A stretch of DNA of 63,944 bases, filler included, from Diploschistes diacapsis (Eukaryota), in NCBI GenBank assembly GCA_023645945.1. It is 5 parts of 5 records of this genome, joined end to end, with 100 filler letters (N's around TTAATTAATTAA, not from the genome) between each part and the next. Parts side by side here need not be neighbours in the genome. Positions count along the whole stretch, not along the records: positions 51,887 to 63,944 come from JALAIB010000769.1; 4 more parts are not named here. One strand, 5' to 3'. The position numbers and the translations under genes are program-made. Each line of letters starts with the position of its first letter. Position 1 is the stretch's first letter. This document shows positions 51,887-63,944 of the stretch, piece after piece. Under the pieces are notes generated by a model that was given only the letters and a program-made list of their open reading frames with translations, was not told where the DNA came from and ran no database searches.

Positions 51887-54800
51887 GCTTAGTCCGGTGG
51901 TGGTGCGTAGGACAGGCTGGGTAGACGGCGCGAGCGAGGGCGCTAAGGGGAGGGAGGGGGCAGGATTGGATAGTGTGGTGACGGGAATGCAGTCTAGGTT
52001 TTTAGACTGTTGGCGCGGAGAGGAGCTTGTGCGGTGGTGGTGGTTTTGCGCCGTAATGAGGGGCTGAGAGGGGTGTGCGCGGATTGATATGATTTAGCGA
52101 CGCGACACGCCGGACCGGGGATGAGATGAACGATGCTCGAGGCTGGAAGCCGGGTGAGGGTGATTCATTAATAGGATGCAGTGAAGGAACCGTGACCAGG
52201 AGGTTGTCTGTCTGCTCGTTGGATGTCCTCGATGTTGTGACTAACAAGTCTACAACGTCCAACAGTGTTGAGATGTTAGCGTTAACGGCTGAACAAAAGG
52301 TCGAGGACTGTAGGCCAACGCCTTCTTTGTACTCAGATACAGAGTACAAGGAACTTTTCTGGTTCTGGCAGTGATTATGTAAGACTTAATCCTCGGAGTA
52401 TTACTCGGGACTGTGCTTTACCGTTCAATTATTAGCTCTCACCACTGTCTTCAGTGCATTAAGCCCTGTTTTGTACGACAACTGCTAATATTTCAACACG
52501 GCTATAAAACCTACACAAGTTCCTAAGACATCAGACATCCACCGTCAGGTTAGACTGCATGTACTCGGGCTCCAAAACTTCATCAACCAATGCGTATTGC
52601 TTAGATTCTATTGTCGGCATGGTCGCCCGTCTACTTGAGCTTGATGAACTAGTCGAGCAACTTTGCCCCAATGTTGAAACCAAAGAGGCCAGCTTCACAG
52701 TCCCTTTTTTGCTCGGCGTGTCGAAGGTATGACTCCGCCCCTCCAATGCGTTTGCTGTTCGTTGACCAAAGCCCCAGGACCACCTAGGGAGTCTCTCGGT
52801 GAAGCCTCAGTCCTCAAGCTAATCTTGCGTTATCTTCCTCCTTCGGCAATTTCCAACTCTGGTCCGCATATTCGGCCTCTCTTCATATGTGTCTCGGGTT
52901 TGAGGTGTCAAGTCCTACCTTCTTGCCTGTGCCTAGGGTCCTGTTCTCAAGCGACGATTTGAGTTTACCAACAACACATGTTTCACGACAGTAGGTGCCT
53001 CTTCACCCTGAAAAGATCCAAGTTAACGAGGCTATGATCAATGATCACTGCACGCTACTTTTTGCATATTCAAGACAAGGAGACGAGCATGATCCTAAAG
53101 AAAATTATATAAAGGCTCTACTCAAGTCTCTCGTCCTTCTTGCCTTCGGCATGGCGGGGCGGAGAAGTGTATGATAGATCAGTTGGTGGAGAGAGAGAAG
53201 GGGTCGAAGAAGGGTACGATAGATAGAGTGCTGTAAGAAAGGGATGAGACGGAGAGGCGATTGCTACATCGATTTGTTTGATAGGAGATTTTACCGCCGC
53301 AACGGCTATTGAGTATTGGTGCGAATCCTCTGAAAGTCTCTACCATCGCGGTGAATGCTCCTGGTAACTGAATCTGGGTCTACATGGCCAAGTATTTAAA
53401 AAAAAATACAATAAACTTGAATGCTGAAGATTGATACAGCAGTCTGTATGCCAGAAGAATGGAAACACTTTGGCTTTACCAATTCGACGAGCCCGGATCA
53501 GTCACGCCAGGACCTAAGTCCCACAGAGCAAACATGAGCTGTCCAACAGCCTCCCATAACTGCGGAGACATCTTGCTAGACAAAGCCCTCTACACGAAAC
53601 ACTGAGCAGCCTATACTATCGCAAGTCTCTCCTACCTTCCCCTTCAGTAGCCAACAGACCATCGATTGATCATCACACGGGCTCTGAAAATTTTCCTCCA
53701 ACTCCTCGCTGAAGCAAACAGACTAGAAACAAAAGCAGCGTCTTCGATTCCCCAGAGCAATCAAAGCTAACTTCACTACTTTCCCTCCATTTCTCGTAAA
53801 CACAAATACACCCATGCAAAACTTCTATTTCAGGCAATATCGTACGTCCGAGCCGAGCTGGCACCGGGTTTACGCGGAGTTATCAAGTCATCGGCCCCCC
53901 TTTTCGAAGTCACAGTCACAGCTTTTGACCCCAACCCGTGCAGATTGGGAGACTAAACCCCACGCAAGAGCGATCCCGAGGGTATAGATCGTCTGCTTAG
54001 GAAATGGCATTTTTCTTTTTGTTCTACCAAGGCTTTCAAAACCGAGAGCGCATATGGGCCGCAATTGGCTTAGTCATCTCGGCGTGGTGTACGAATCAGG
54101 TATCCTAACAACAGGATACAACCCTTGTTTGAACCTTGATTGAACCGATTGCCCCGAATCAGCGCATGTTGGAAGGGAGTGCGCGCTGAATACCTACACA
54201 AGTACAGAGGTATCAGCGAGATAGACGGGGGCGGCTGAGGCTGGCATTGTGGCGGGGGTTCTCCTATACCTTAGTGTGACGATCCCAGGGTGGATTGAAG
54301 CAGTGCGTAGGCCGCATGGGTCTCATTGACGGTTTCGTTGAGAGTGCAGATGCAGCGTTCAAGGCGGCTACTTTGCGCTAGCGCTGACGAGATGGTGCAA
54401 TTGAAAGCACTATATGATTTTTGTGGATTGAATGAATAGGATGGTGCCTGTGCTGCAATCTTTAAGCTTCATATCTCGAGCTTTCGCTCTTTTCTGTTTG
54501 CTGCTTAATAAGGATTCGCATAAGCTCTTAATTGAACGAAGCTGCTTGCTTCAAAGTCAAAGAGCCGGGGAGGAAGGGGGAAGACGGATTTGCCCGTTAT
54601 GACCCAACGTCTTGGAGATGGAGCAACGCCTTTCCATGTCTCATAAGGTTGTTCAAATGGGTTCGGTGGGAGGGGTATGCTTTCAGCCCGACAAAGGTTT
54701 TCTTTCCATATCGAAACGACAAGATAACTCTTATGACCGGTTTTCTGCAAAGGAGATCTTCTCGCTTGAGCAGTCTATTGGGTGAAAGGGTTTCCCCTGC

Positions 54801-57800
54801 ACCTTGCATTTTTGGAGCAATTGTTATGGCAGAAGTTCCAGATCCAAGATGAGTCTAATAATCCACCCCATTTCTGCCATGTATGACTTCCTCTACAGCA
54901 TGAATGGACCATGCTCTTATGTTCTGTCTTTTCCTCAAAACGAGTTGAATCCCTGTCTGCTGTCACCGCACACAACACTCTGCACAATTATGAATCAGTT
55001 CCGTGATCAAGAGAAGACTCTTGGCTCTTCATCTCGTTGCGTATTCCTCGAATCGATCTCGAGTCCTTCAACTTGGTGACCGTTTCTTCGAGAGGTACTT
55101 TACTGCAAACGGATACCAGATATCTCGTATTCTACCTCTGCTAGCGAGGTTTACTCATCCTTATTTCGTCCATGTCAAGGCCATGAGTTATTATGCATGT
55201 CATGACAGGAACGTCTTGGTAGGACTACTCATTGCTACAATACATATTGGGCCTCGCTCTCGCCCTCTTTTCACCTCTGTACTTTCAATCCAACTTGCAG
55301 CCGCAGCCTACCAAGTCTTTCGTAACTGTTTGTGGCCTCTCTCAAGGCGAACGGGGACTCAGCATCCGAATCTCCTTTGTCTCTTCTCAGGAGGGTCTTC
55401 AATGGATCGTGAACCAACTACAGGTATGCATATCTACTTTCTCTCCTGTGCCAATACTCATGCAATTATAGGACTGCACTTCATCTCACGAGCTATTGCT
55501 CACCGAGATTTTGCTGGATACAGTTGTCCAATATCAACACGTTGAGACTACCAGCTCTACAAGCTCTACTGTTTTATAGTCAGATCCAAGATCAGCAGCC
55601 AGTTCCACTCAGCCAACATCCAGGATGTGTGCCTACGACGGTATTATTATTGTGTCACTCGTAAGTGTTTCTGGCGCCCACACGAAGGAGGCGAATGTGA
55701 CGGTTACCGTGTCTGCGCATATAATGCCAATATGGGACTTGACTTACATAAACGCCCCCCAACTTTGCGGTAGAGCATAGCAGATCGCCGAACCTAGATG
55801 AAACGGTTTCCCGTAACGGGTTGCGACCCACAACAGATACCGAGGTTAGGCGCGGAGCCAAGACCCATGAGACAGATGCAAAGTTCTTCGCGCTCCGCGC
55901 CTTGGCCCTGGTTGCTCCTCGGCAGCAGAGCGAACAGGATATGGCTTGACCAGCTAACTTACTGCGCTGGTACGGGCCAAACCCGGCCTACACAGGAACC
56001 CCACGCAAGAGTCTGGCAGGAGGATCTTGTTTGTATACCGTGATGGGCAGCTGATCAAGACAAGAACACGACGCCTTAGTGATTTCTGATGGCGAGCCAG
56101 GTTCCTACCCCGCACCTCCAAACGGTGGGCGTATCGCAGGAGGAAGCCCAAATTTGCCGACCGAACACTATGATCCAGGCAAGTACACGGTATTCTCTGT
56201 GCAAACCCTATTCGCTCGGTCCCAAGATCCAAGCGAATCCCTTGAAAACCCTAGCTCAAGCCAGCAAGGCCGATACTCGGATCAGACCCAGTATGTTGGT
56301 CCCTCTGGTTCAACCCAGCACGCTGGACCCCCTCCGGCTCAAGCCAGCAAGCTGGACATTCCAGTTTCAACCCAGGAGACCGGGCACCATAGCTCAAGCC
56401 GACGCGCTGAGCCTTCCCAGTTCTGGGCATCGTCGTCATCTGCATGAAAATGGCGGCAGCGGCAAGGAAAAGCAGACCCGTCGGTCTCAGAAGAAAAGCA
56501 AAGGGCGCTAAATCGGTGTTTGCTAATATTGTGTCCTGGCATGATTCCAAAGCCTATATAGCATACTATAGTGGCCTTCCTGCGCTTGTGTCGGATACTG
56601 GAGATACTTGTATGCTTGTATGGCATGCTGTGGCTGCCTTCGCCGAGCTTTGATTCGGGATGTTGGGCAGATTTGCATGCTTGAATAGCGTACTATGATT
56701 GGTTTCTTCAAGGCGGCTTGGCGGAAAAGGGTACAGCTAGATAGACTGAGCAGCTTTTGCTTTCTTGCTTATGTTGGTAGCCATAGTATGAATGCATGTA
56801 AACCATAGCATTTCTTTCGGAATGTGGTTGTCTGTGACTAGCCCGGCCGATGGTCACCGAAAGGGCTTTGCCCAGATGATCTTATCATATGAATATACTT
56901 TGTGCAGTAGTGTAGTTGTACTCAAACCCATCTTCCTGAGAATGCACTGCTTCATCCATGCGGGGCGTCCTCATAATGAAAATTTCCGTGAGCAAAAATG
57001 TCTCCACGGATCGTATTTCCAGAACTGCGTGAAGTGACAAGCTCACGATACGAAGCGTAGAAACCAAGGAAGTTGCAGCCCAAAGAGTCTGGACAAAGCA
57101 TCCTGAGCCTATACCTTCGGTAGTAATCCCGACCATCGCCTCTCTGCCGAGCGTATGTTTTTGAGTAAATAAGGCCAGTATGGCGTGCATGTCTCCCCAC
57201 CATCCAAGTAGCAACATCACCTCTCTTCTTCTATCTCGTGCAAACCAACCGGCTCTACCGACTATGCTCGGGGGGACACTGGCCCGAGGAGGTCAGGTAC
57301 GATATATCCCACGACTGCTTCTTTCGGTCGACTCCAAAAAGAGCTTCAAGAGGGCAGGTGCAGCTGGCCAGACGTCCAAGAAGGGATTGTCTTACTAACA
57401 AAGGCCTAGAGTCCAAGGGCTGCCTTTGCTTTTGCGGCAATCTTGGAACTAGAAAAGAAAAGAAAAAAAACTTTCCTCCATACTATGATAGCAGGAGAGA
57501 ATCCTTCAAGTACGAAAGCCCGAACGACGTAAACTTTAGCGAAGCCCAGGATTTCCACCTGCAAGAAAACGTCAGAGAACTTTCATATGAAGAATCATTC
57601 ATTCTCCGAACTAATTCGTAGGGTGCCCAGAGTGTCTGAAGAAAAAGGTATCGATAAAGATAGTCATCATCTGCAGTGGAAAGGAAGCCGTCAATTAACG
57701 ACGACTCGGAACTCGGCCGAGGAAGCCAAGCGTAAAAGAACAAGGCGACTACGATTTGGTTGTTAAGAAGAAGCTTTCGAAGCCCACCTCAGCCACGAGC

Positions 57801-59276
57801 GTATCGGCACTTACAGACGCAGAACGAAAAGTTTCTCCAGCGAATCAGCTTACCAGCAAGGCCAATCTGCGCGGACCGAACCTTCGCCACTCCACCATCG
57901 AGGCTTTGCCCGCCCGGAGGGAGCACTGCTCCAACTTGAAAGCCCCTGGCCCCCTCAGGGGGATATTCTCCGCCAGAAGATGCGGCACAAGGTCCCAAGC
58001 TCACCAGGCTTACCCTCCGTCCTCCTATCGACCTAGCTACATTCCATACCATCGTCCAGCCACCGGGAGGTATGCGCCGATAGGCTATTCTGCGCAGAGT
58101 ACGCGACAAGCGAACAATGCGCAAAAGCAACTGGGCCTCAAAGCCTTCTCGCTCACAAAGAGCTTATGGCGAGATTCGTTGGAGAGGTACGTTCGCCCCA
58201 GCGGAAGCAGCACGTGTCGGCACATCTCCTCATACACTGAGTTTGAGTTCCCGCAGCAGGCTTTGCGGTTGTCTTTTCCGTATCAGGAAAGCGCTTCCCC
58301 ATCGTGTTGACCCGAGAGAGCGATAGCAGAAGCGAAAAGGAGGAAGAGTGGGCAAGGCGCGAGCAGACAGGGACGGATAAAGGTGGTCAGGAGAACCTCT
58401 CCGGCACGACCGAGAAACCCGCATCTGCTTGCGTGTGACTGCTTTTGCATCTTATCCCAGATTTTGGACTGACGACTCATTTCGTCTGGCGGCTATTGAA
58501 GTTCTTGTAGCCAAAACTGAACGTAAGCTTGCATCTACCAGCCTGTGGAGTTTACCTTACCACTATTATAGCGATTTCATTGAGATTGCTTGCTTAGTAT
58601 TTGGTCCTCGTCTGTATGAGGTTGATGAAGTGTACAATGACACAACATCTCGTCTGAAGATAAACTGGACCAAAGACAAGTTTATGAGCAGGTACATGCA
58701 GCAAAAGAGCCTCGAAGAGCTGCTTGTCTTCTTATTCGACGGCATCGATGAGCCTTAAAGGGGATACCTAACTTACTATTATGCACTTTCATTTTCATGT
58801 GGTAGGATGGCATTTGTAGACAATTCAAACCCAATGAACTGAGGCCAAAAGTTGGCTCTACCTTTGCTTCAAGACCTGTAACAAGAAAAGAGGTGCTCGG
58901 TTCAACCGCTAGTTTTGCAATTTTTCTCACCTTGTCATTGTCCACTTCTGGTCCCCAATAAATTCAATCCGTAGTACCGCGGATCAGCCGGTCCAGCATC
59001 GTTGGAAGGCTGGTTAGCACCCAAAGCAATCGATAATCTCACGAAAGGAATTGCGTGTCAATCTTTGCGAAGCAGCGGATCTCATTACCTCCCATGCTTC
59101 TTGTTAGTCTGATTTGTGAAGATTGTAAGTTGGTCTGTGCAAGAGCATGGACCGAAGGAAGGTATACACAATGGTCACTACTCAGCAGTGTAGACACCAT
59201 AAGATGAATCTCTCAAAAACTCCATCATCTAATATTTTTTCCAACTCAAGGACGAAAAGACGCGCAATTTGGGTGA

Positions 59277-60014
59277 ATGGAACACCGCAACGGTCTGAAT
59301 ACAGTGAGATCGCTGCTGGCACCGACAGATTATTCGAATACCTTGCAGATACAAGGAGCGCCGCCACCTCGTAACACAAACAGAAATCCGGATACATTAG
59401 GGACACAAGGGGCGCCTCCACTTCATGATAAAAATGGGGAACAGGGCGACAGCCGCAAGCGCAAGCGCGCCAGATCTGCAGGAAATGATGGAATTCACAG
59501 CACAAGAGATGGAACGAAGACCCCATCATACCTCCGACCTTCCACAGCTGCACCCAGTCAACACCCTGGTGGGATAGCTCGTCCCGTACCCACACTGGGC
59601 TCCACTGAACAACTTTTTGCCGGTAACGCCGTCTTGGAGGGCCCAGCGCGTTTTACAACATCGAATAATGAACGTGAACCCGACGTGTCAAGTTCCTTTG
59701 ATAGGAACAATAACAACAGTGTTCCAGAGTCAAATGTCGGCACTGGAACACAGCCTGTTCCAAACCAAGATGTCCAAGATTGGTTGAATGATTTGTCTAT
59801 ACATCGGCATAAGAGATATAAGAGCATGCTGTACGATCCCGTTAGGGGAACACTTTCTCCACTCAGGGTTTATCGCGGCTCCCTTCATCTAACGACGCAG
59901 GAATGCGAGACTGATGGAGCCAGTAATGTTCGTTCCACCCCAGAATATTTAGATCGCAAGAAACTGACAGCGCGTAGGATACCAGGAGGCGTAAACTTCG
60001 AAACCGGTTGGTGA
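59277..60014 (+). CDS. Hypothetical protein (gene boundaries uncertain)
   Basis: 245-codon ORF with an internal QGAPP duplication showing synonymous differences, and an NLS-like RKRKR. Confidence 0.35.
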   Translation: MEHRNGLNTVRSLLAPTDYSNTLQIQGAPPPRNTNRNPDTLGTQGAPPLHDKNGEQGDSRKRKRARSAGNDGIHSTRDGTKTPSYLRPSTAAPSQHPGGIARPVPTLGSTEQLFAGNAVLEGPARFTTSNNEREPDVSSSFDRNNNNSVPESNVGTGTQPVPNQDVQDWLNDLSIHRHKRYKSMLYDPVRGTLSPLRVYRGSLHLTTQECETDGASNVRSTPEYLDRKKLTARRIPGGVNFETGW

Positions 60015-60358
60015 AACAGTTTGGACATAACGGTTCAACACAAAATAGGCGTATCGCTAGTGGCGGGTGACTAACCACGAGTGATTGAATCAATCACCGG
60101 AACGGTTGATTTACGCTTGTAGGTGTCTTGTTTGCTTCATGGGATGACGGAATGATCGTACCAGCAATGAGTTGGAGTCAGTCAGCATGCCTTAAAACCA
60201 CACCCAGCTATTTCACCGTGTAAAACGCAAGATCCCTAATACTTACTCTTCTGCTATTGTCGATTGCTTCCTATCCTCCCCGCAATACCTCGACGCAATT
60301 TTCTGCCATTCCATTTCAGAGCAACGATAAGTCGTTAGAATTCCGTACTGCCTTTACA

Positions 60359-61806
60359 ATGTGTCGTCCATATCTATGGGAGTGTCAAGCGGGCGACCAC
60401 GTTTACAGAAACACTAAGATTCACAAAGGTGGCGGAGAAGTTGAATATCCCACTTTCGATCCGTGCACTGCCGGACTGATAAGAGGCCATGACTCGAGCA
60501 CATTCGAGCGGTGCCCTGGACATCAACTGGACGATCCTATCAGGTCTCAGTAGAGGCATGCCCTGACTGTCGGGCCGGAGATGTGAAAGGGTATTATGCC
60601 GAAGGGAAAGTGATCGCGGATATGGAACCCAAGGACGACGTGACGAAGACCACAGCTGAAGCAAAGCAAGAAGAAGAAGGCGGGATACTGGGATGCGATA
60701 AAAATAGTAGCAAGGATCGAATCCAACAGCCAGACTCTGAAAGAGCCTTTGATAACCATGGCTGTCACCAGCACCTTGAGATTGTGAGCGATCGAACAGA
60801 AGTGGAAAGGCAAGAAAGCGCATTAGACCAAGAAGGAGAAATCGGGGAACGTATAGAACCCTCTACAGGCCTTTTAACTTCACATGCGAGTCGAGAGCAC
60901 CACAAGCGGCGCCAAAGATACCCAAATCCAATTTCAGGGAGCCAAAGAAGACATGAAAGACCCCACAACGACAAACAGATGCACTATGGCAGAGAAAGAG
61001 AGGGCCCCCAAGGCCTAGGTACCCATTTGAAGAACCTTGCCGGCAAAGCCATGACTCTTGCTAAGAGTTTGATGGCCTTTGACGGCAAGCAGACCTCCTC
61101 GCATGGGCGTCATGACCTGAGAGACTCTAGTCAACGTCGCAGACCTATGACACCGGCTGACGAGAGGGGACACGCGAGAGAGGAGATAGATAGAGCTCAT
61201 TCTAGACCAAGCGGTAGGCATGCAAGTACCACTCGAAGGCCGCAAGAATGGATAGAATCGAACACACGCGGCACATATTCAAAGCATGAGAAACACAAGC
61301 GCAGTGGCCACAGTCGAAGAAGTGTCGTGGATGGTAAATATGACACGGAAGGGAATGGGGACGGTAGGCGCCGGACAAGTAAGCTTAGGGATATCCTTGA
61401 TTCTGGAGTCTCGTGTTCGCAACAAGGTCTTGGAAGTACAGTCGCAGAGCAAGTAGTGAAAGCAACAGCGAAGAAGTCATCACAAAGTCAAGGAGCAGAA
61501 GACCCTAAAGTAGCCAGTCCTCCGAGTAAGGTGGCTGAAGAACCGCAGAGACTGGCTCCTGCAGAAGCTTTTATCAAGAGGGAGCTCTTCGATGCCAAGT
61601 CCGCTGTTAACCCAAGCAATGGCGAAATCCGAAACCCTCCCGATGATACGGCCGTTGCTGAAGATGACCATCAATCCAGGCTAAGCCAGAGGAGACTGAA
61701 GAACAGCAATAAACCGGATTCAGCTAGAGTCACTAATCAAAAGCCAGACGGCGCGCAACCGAGGGCTCAGCATAAACATAGGGAAAGAAAGCAAATTGGC
61801 TCTTGA
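60359..61806 (+). pseudogene. Frameshifted gene for a protein with a Cys/His-rich N-terminus and a charged disordered tail
   Basis: ATG at 60359 gives MCRPYLWECQAGDH...C...CPGHQLDD. A 1-nt frame change near 60537 continues YQVSVEACPDC into a ~420-codon open frame. Confidence 0.5.
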
Positions 61807-63944
61807 GTGCTTCGAAATTCGCACCAAGCAGAAAGAAGGGGAGGCAATGAGTGAGTTGCTTGCAACGGCTTACTTGAATGACGGGGAAGCCTGGGTATAG
61901 TATGCAGTACCTTGGAGGCCTGCAATACATGTGAATCATAAAAAACCAGGTGCGCCATAAAGCCTGCATGCTCCCACCCTTAGCCTGAACTGGAAGGTTT
62001 ATCCATTGACGTGCCTAAACTCCTTTGTTGTTCCTTGCATCGGCTTGTTAATATATCTAGCTCGTACCAGTAGCTGGCTTTGAGCATCTGTGCGTGAGAC
62101 GTAGGAAAAGCTCAAACGGTTTCTTGTGGCTATAATCAATGCAGCTTGCTGCTAGAGGAATAACCTCAATGAAGGATCGTACTAGTAGAAGCAATAAACG
62201 GGTGCAGTGCAGTGTGATAGGGCTGAACAGAGCCAACAGCCATCAAAACAAGTCCCTGAACAAACAAGCATCAAACATGCTTTTCATTGAGCTTCTTTCC
62301 CAGTGACCAACTGGAGGAGAGACTGTCAGCTATGCACCATTCAGTATCTATGCCTAAGACTCATGATATTACGCAAAGCTTCCAAATTACTACAGAGGTA
62401 GGGTAGTCGACTTTCAAAGGCTAAGAGATTCATCCACGAATTCTACGCCCAGTTAAGCTACCTAAGTCGCTCACTGAAAGCGCTATACCAACAGAACACA
62501 TCAAAGACAAATGCAATAACGGCGTCATCACGGTATTCTCTATACATGGCAAGATCCTTGCTCAGCCTGATCATAAGGAACGGCTTCCGTGGGAACTATC
62601 CCAGATGTTTCCGGACAATTGATGCCTCAGATACCAGCTACTGCTCGCCAAGTAGACCATCACCACTGACGAAGAATTGGGAAGCTATGATCAGGCTTTT
62701 TCAGGATGGTTCGAGCATATCAGAAATGCGCCACAGCGCAATACACGGTCTGAGCTTCTCCCGTTTTTGGGCTGATGCTCCTGGATACCTAAGGGCACCA
62801 GCAGTAAAAATCATCTCCACCCGATGACTCAGGGGTTTGAGAACTCAGTCGCGCGATATCTGTTTGAACGTGCATTTTGATTTGCCTGCCTTAACATAGT
62901 CCCTCAATTGCTTTAGAGACGCATAAGCTTAAAGGTAAGCATGCGAGAATGAAGTCTTCGCATTCCCCTTCAAAGTTTACCCAAACATTTTTGCTTGGCA
63001 CCTTCTTCGTATTATTTTGTCAACTCGCCTGCGGCCTTTCTAGGGGTTTCAGCAAGCTTTTTTGCATTGCATTGCGTCCCACTAGCATCGTTCTCCCGTG
63101 ACGAAGACCACAAGGAAACCACAGCCAAATAGATCTTCAAACTCCGACACCAATGCCCTCGGCCGGTACCATGCCCGTCGACCAACCAGCCGACGCTACC
63201 GACGGTCTAAAAGCCGGCCACCGAGAATGGAATTGAAGCGGAAGCAAGCGTGATATTTGCGGAAACAAAGCGATCGGGTCGAGTCCAAGCCAGGCTTTGA
63301 ACACATCGAGCCCGGCGAGCGATAAAAGACTAGCGTAGCCATATGCTACACTATCTCGCTGTGATTAGGCCTAACTATATGCTTTCTTAAGCGGGTCTGA
63401 TGCTTGGTGCGAAACACTTGCGGTCGGTGCAGCAGGTGTTGAGAGATGTTTGGCCAATGCGCAACCTGCATATGATTAGTAAAGAGCACGGCATGGGAGC
63501 TCATACTACCCTCAGCGGAGAGCATAGTGCAGACCCATGATGGCCTTTTGCTGGAAAGGTTATGGCGTTGACTGGTTGATGTATATTCGTATTCCTGATT
63601 ACTCCGGCTCGTGCACGCGGAACCCTCCCTAGAATGATCAAGAAAAAAAGACCGAGAATGATGGCCTCCGGGTGAATTTAAGAATTGTGGTCCGTCCGGT
63701 TTCGGTGAATTCACGAAGGGTTAGCTTGCTCCGCACTCTTCCGTCTATTTCTCAAAGCACCAATAAGGCCAGAAGACGTGATGCTCAGGTTCTCCCTATA
63801 TACAAGAAACACGCCCAAGTAAGCGCAGCACACACAGTCACATGGAACCCATTGCCTGTACTGCCCCAAAAACAGAAACAATCACAGCACTCACCACTCA
63901 ATCTCCCTCTCATTCTGCCAATACCCACCCCCCCTCTTAACATC

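Overview
Eukaryotic DNA from a filamentous ascomycete (Pezizomycotina; spliceosomal introns, fungal gene families). The window is not contiguous. It is five contigs joined by artificial 100-nt N/TTAATTAATTAA/N linkers: 1-12902, 13003-25887, 25988-38845, 38946-51786 and 51887-end. Recognisable genes are a BarA/Lac1-type ceramide synthase, a secreted beta-propeller protein, a bZIP factor, MCM10, a BTB/POZ protein, SCH9 kinase, a PRR1-like kinase (truncated), a class-3 lipase, kinesin-14 (KlpA/Kar3), a LOA1/VPS66-like acyltransferase and a short-chain dehydrogenase. The rest is gene-poor, with microsatellites, degraded genes and transposon relics. The relics are a ~430-bp foldback/MITE-like element built from covarying hairpins, a solo-LTR-like element carrying a six-unit heat-shock element (with a related copy on another contig), and two Fot1/pogo-like termini at contig ends. 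I found no clear multi-gene novel system. The best leads are the hairpin foldback element, the HSE-bearing LTR upstream of a secreted-protein gene, a 625-codon orphan ORF and several frameshifted Cys-rich genes.
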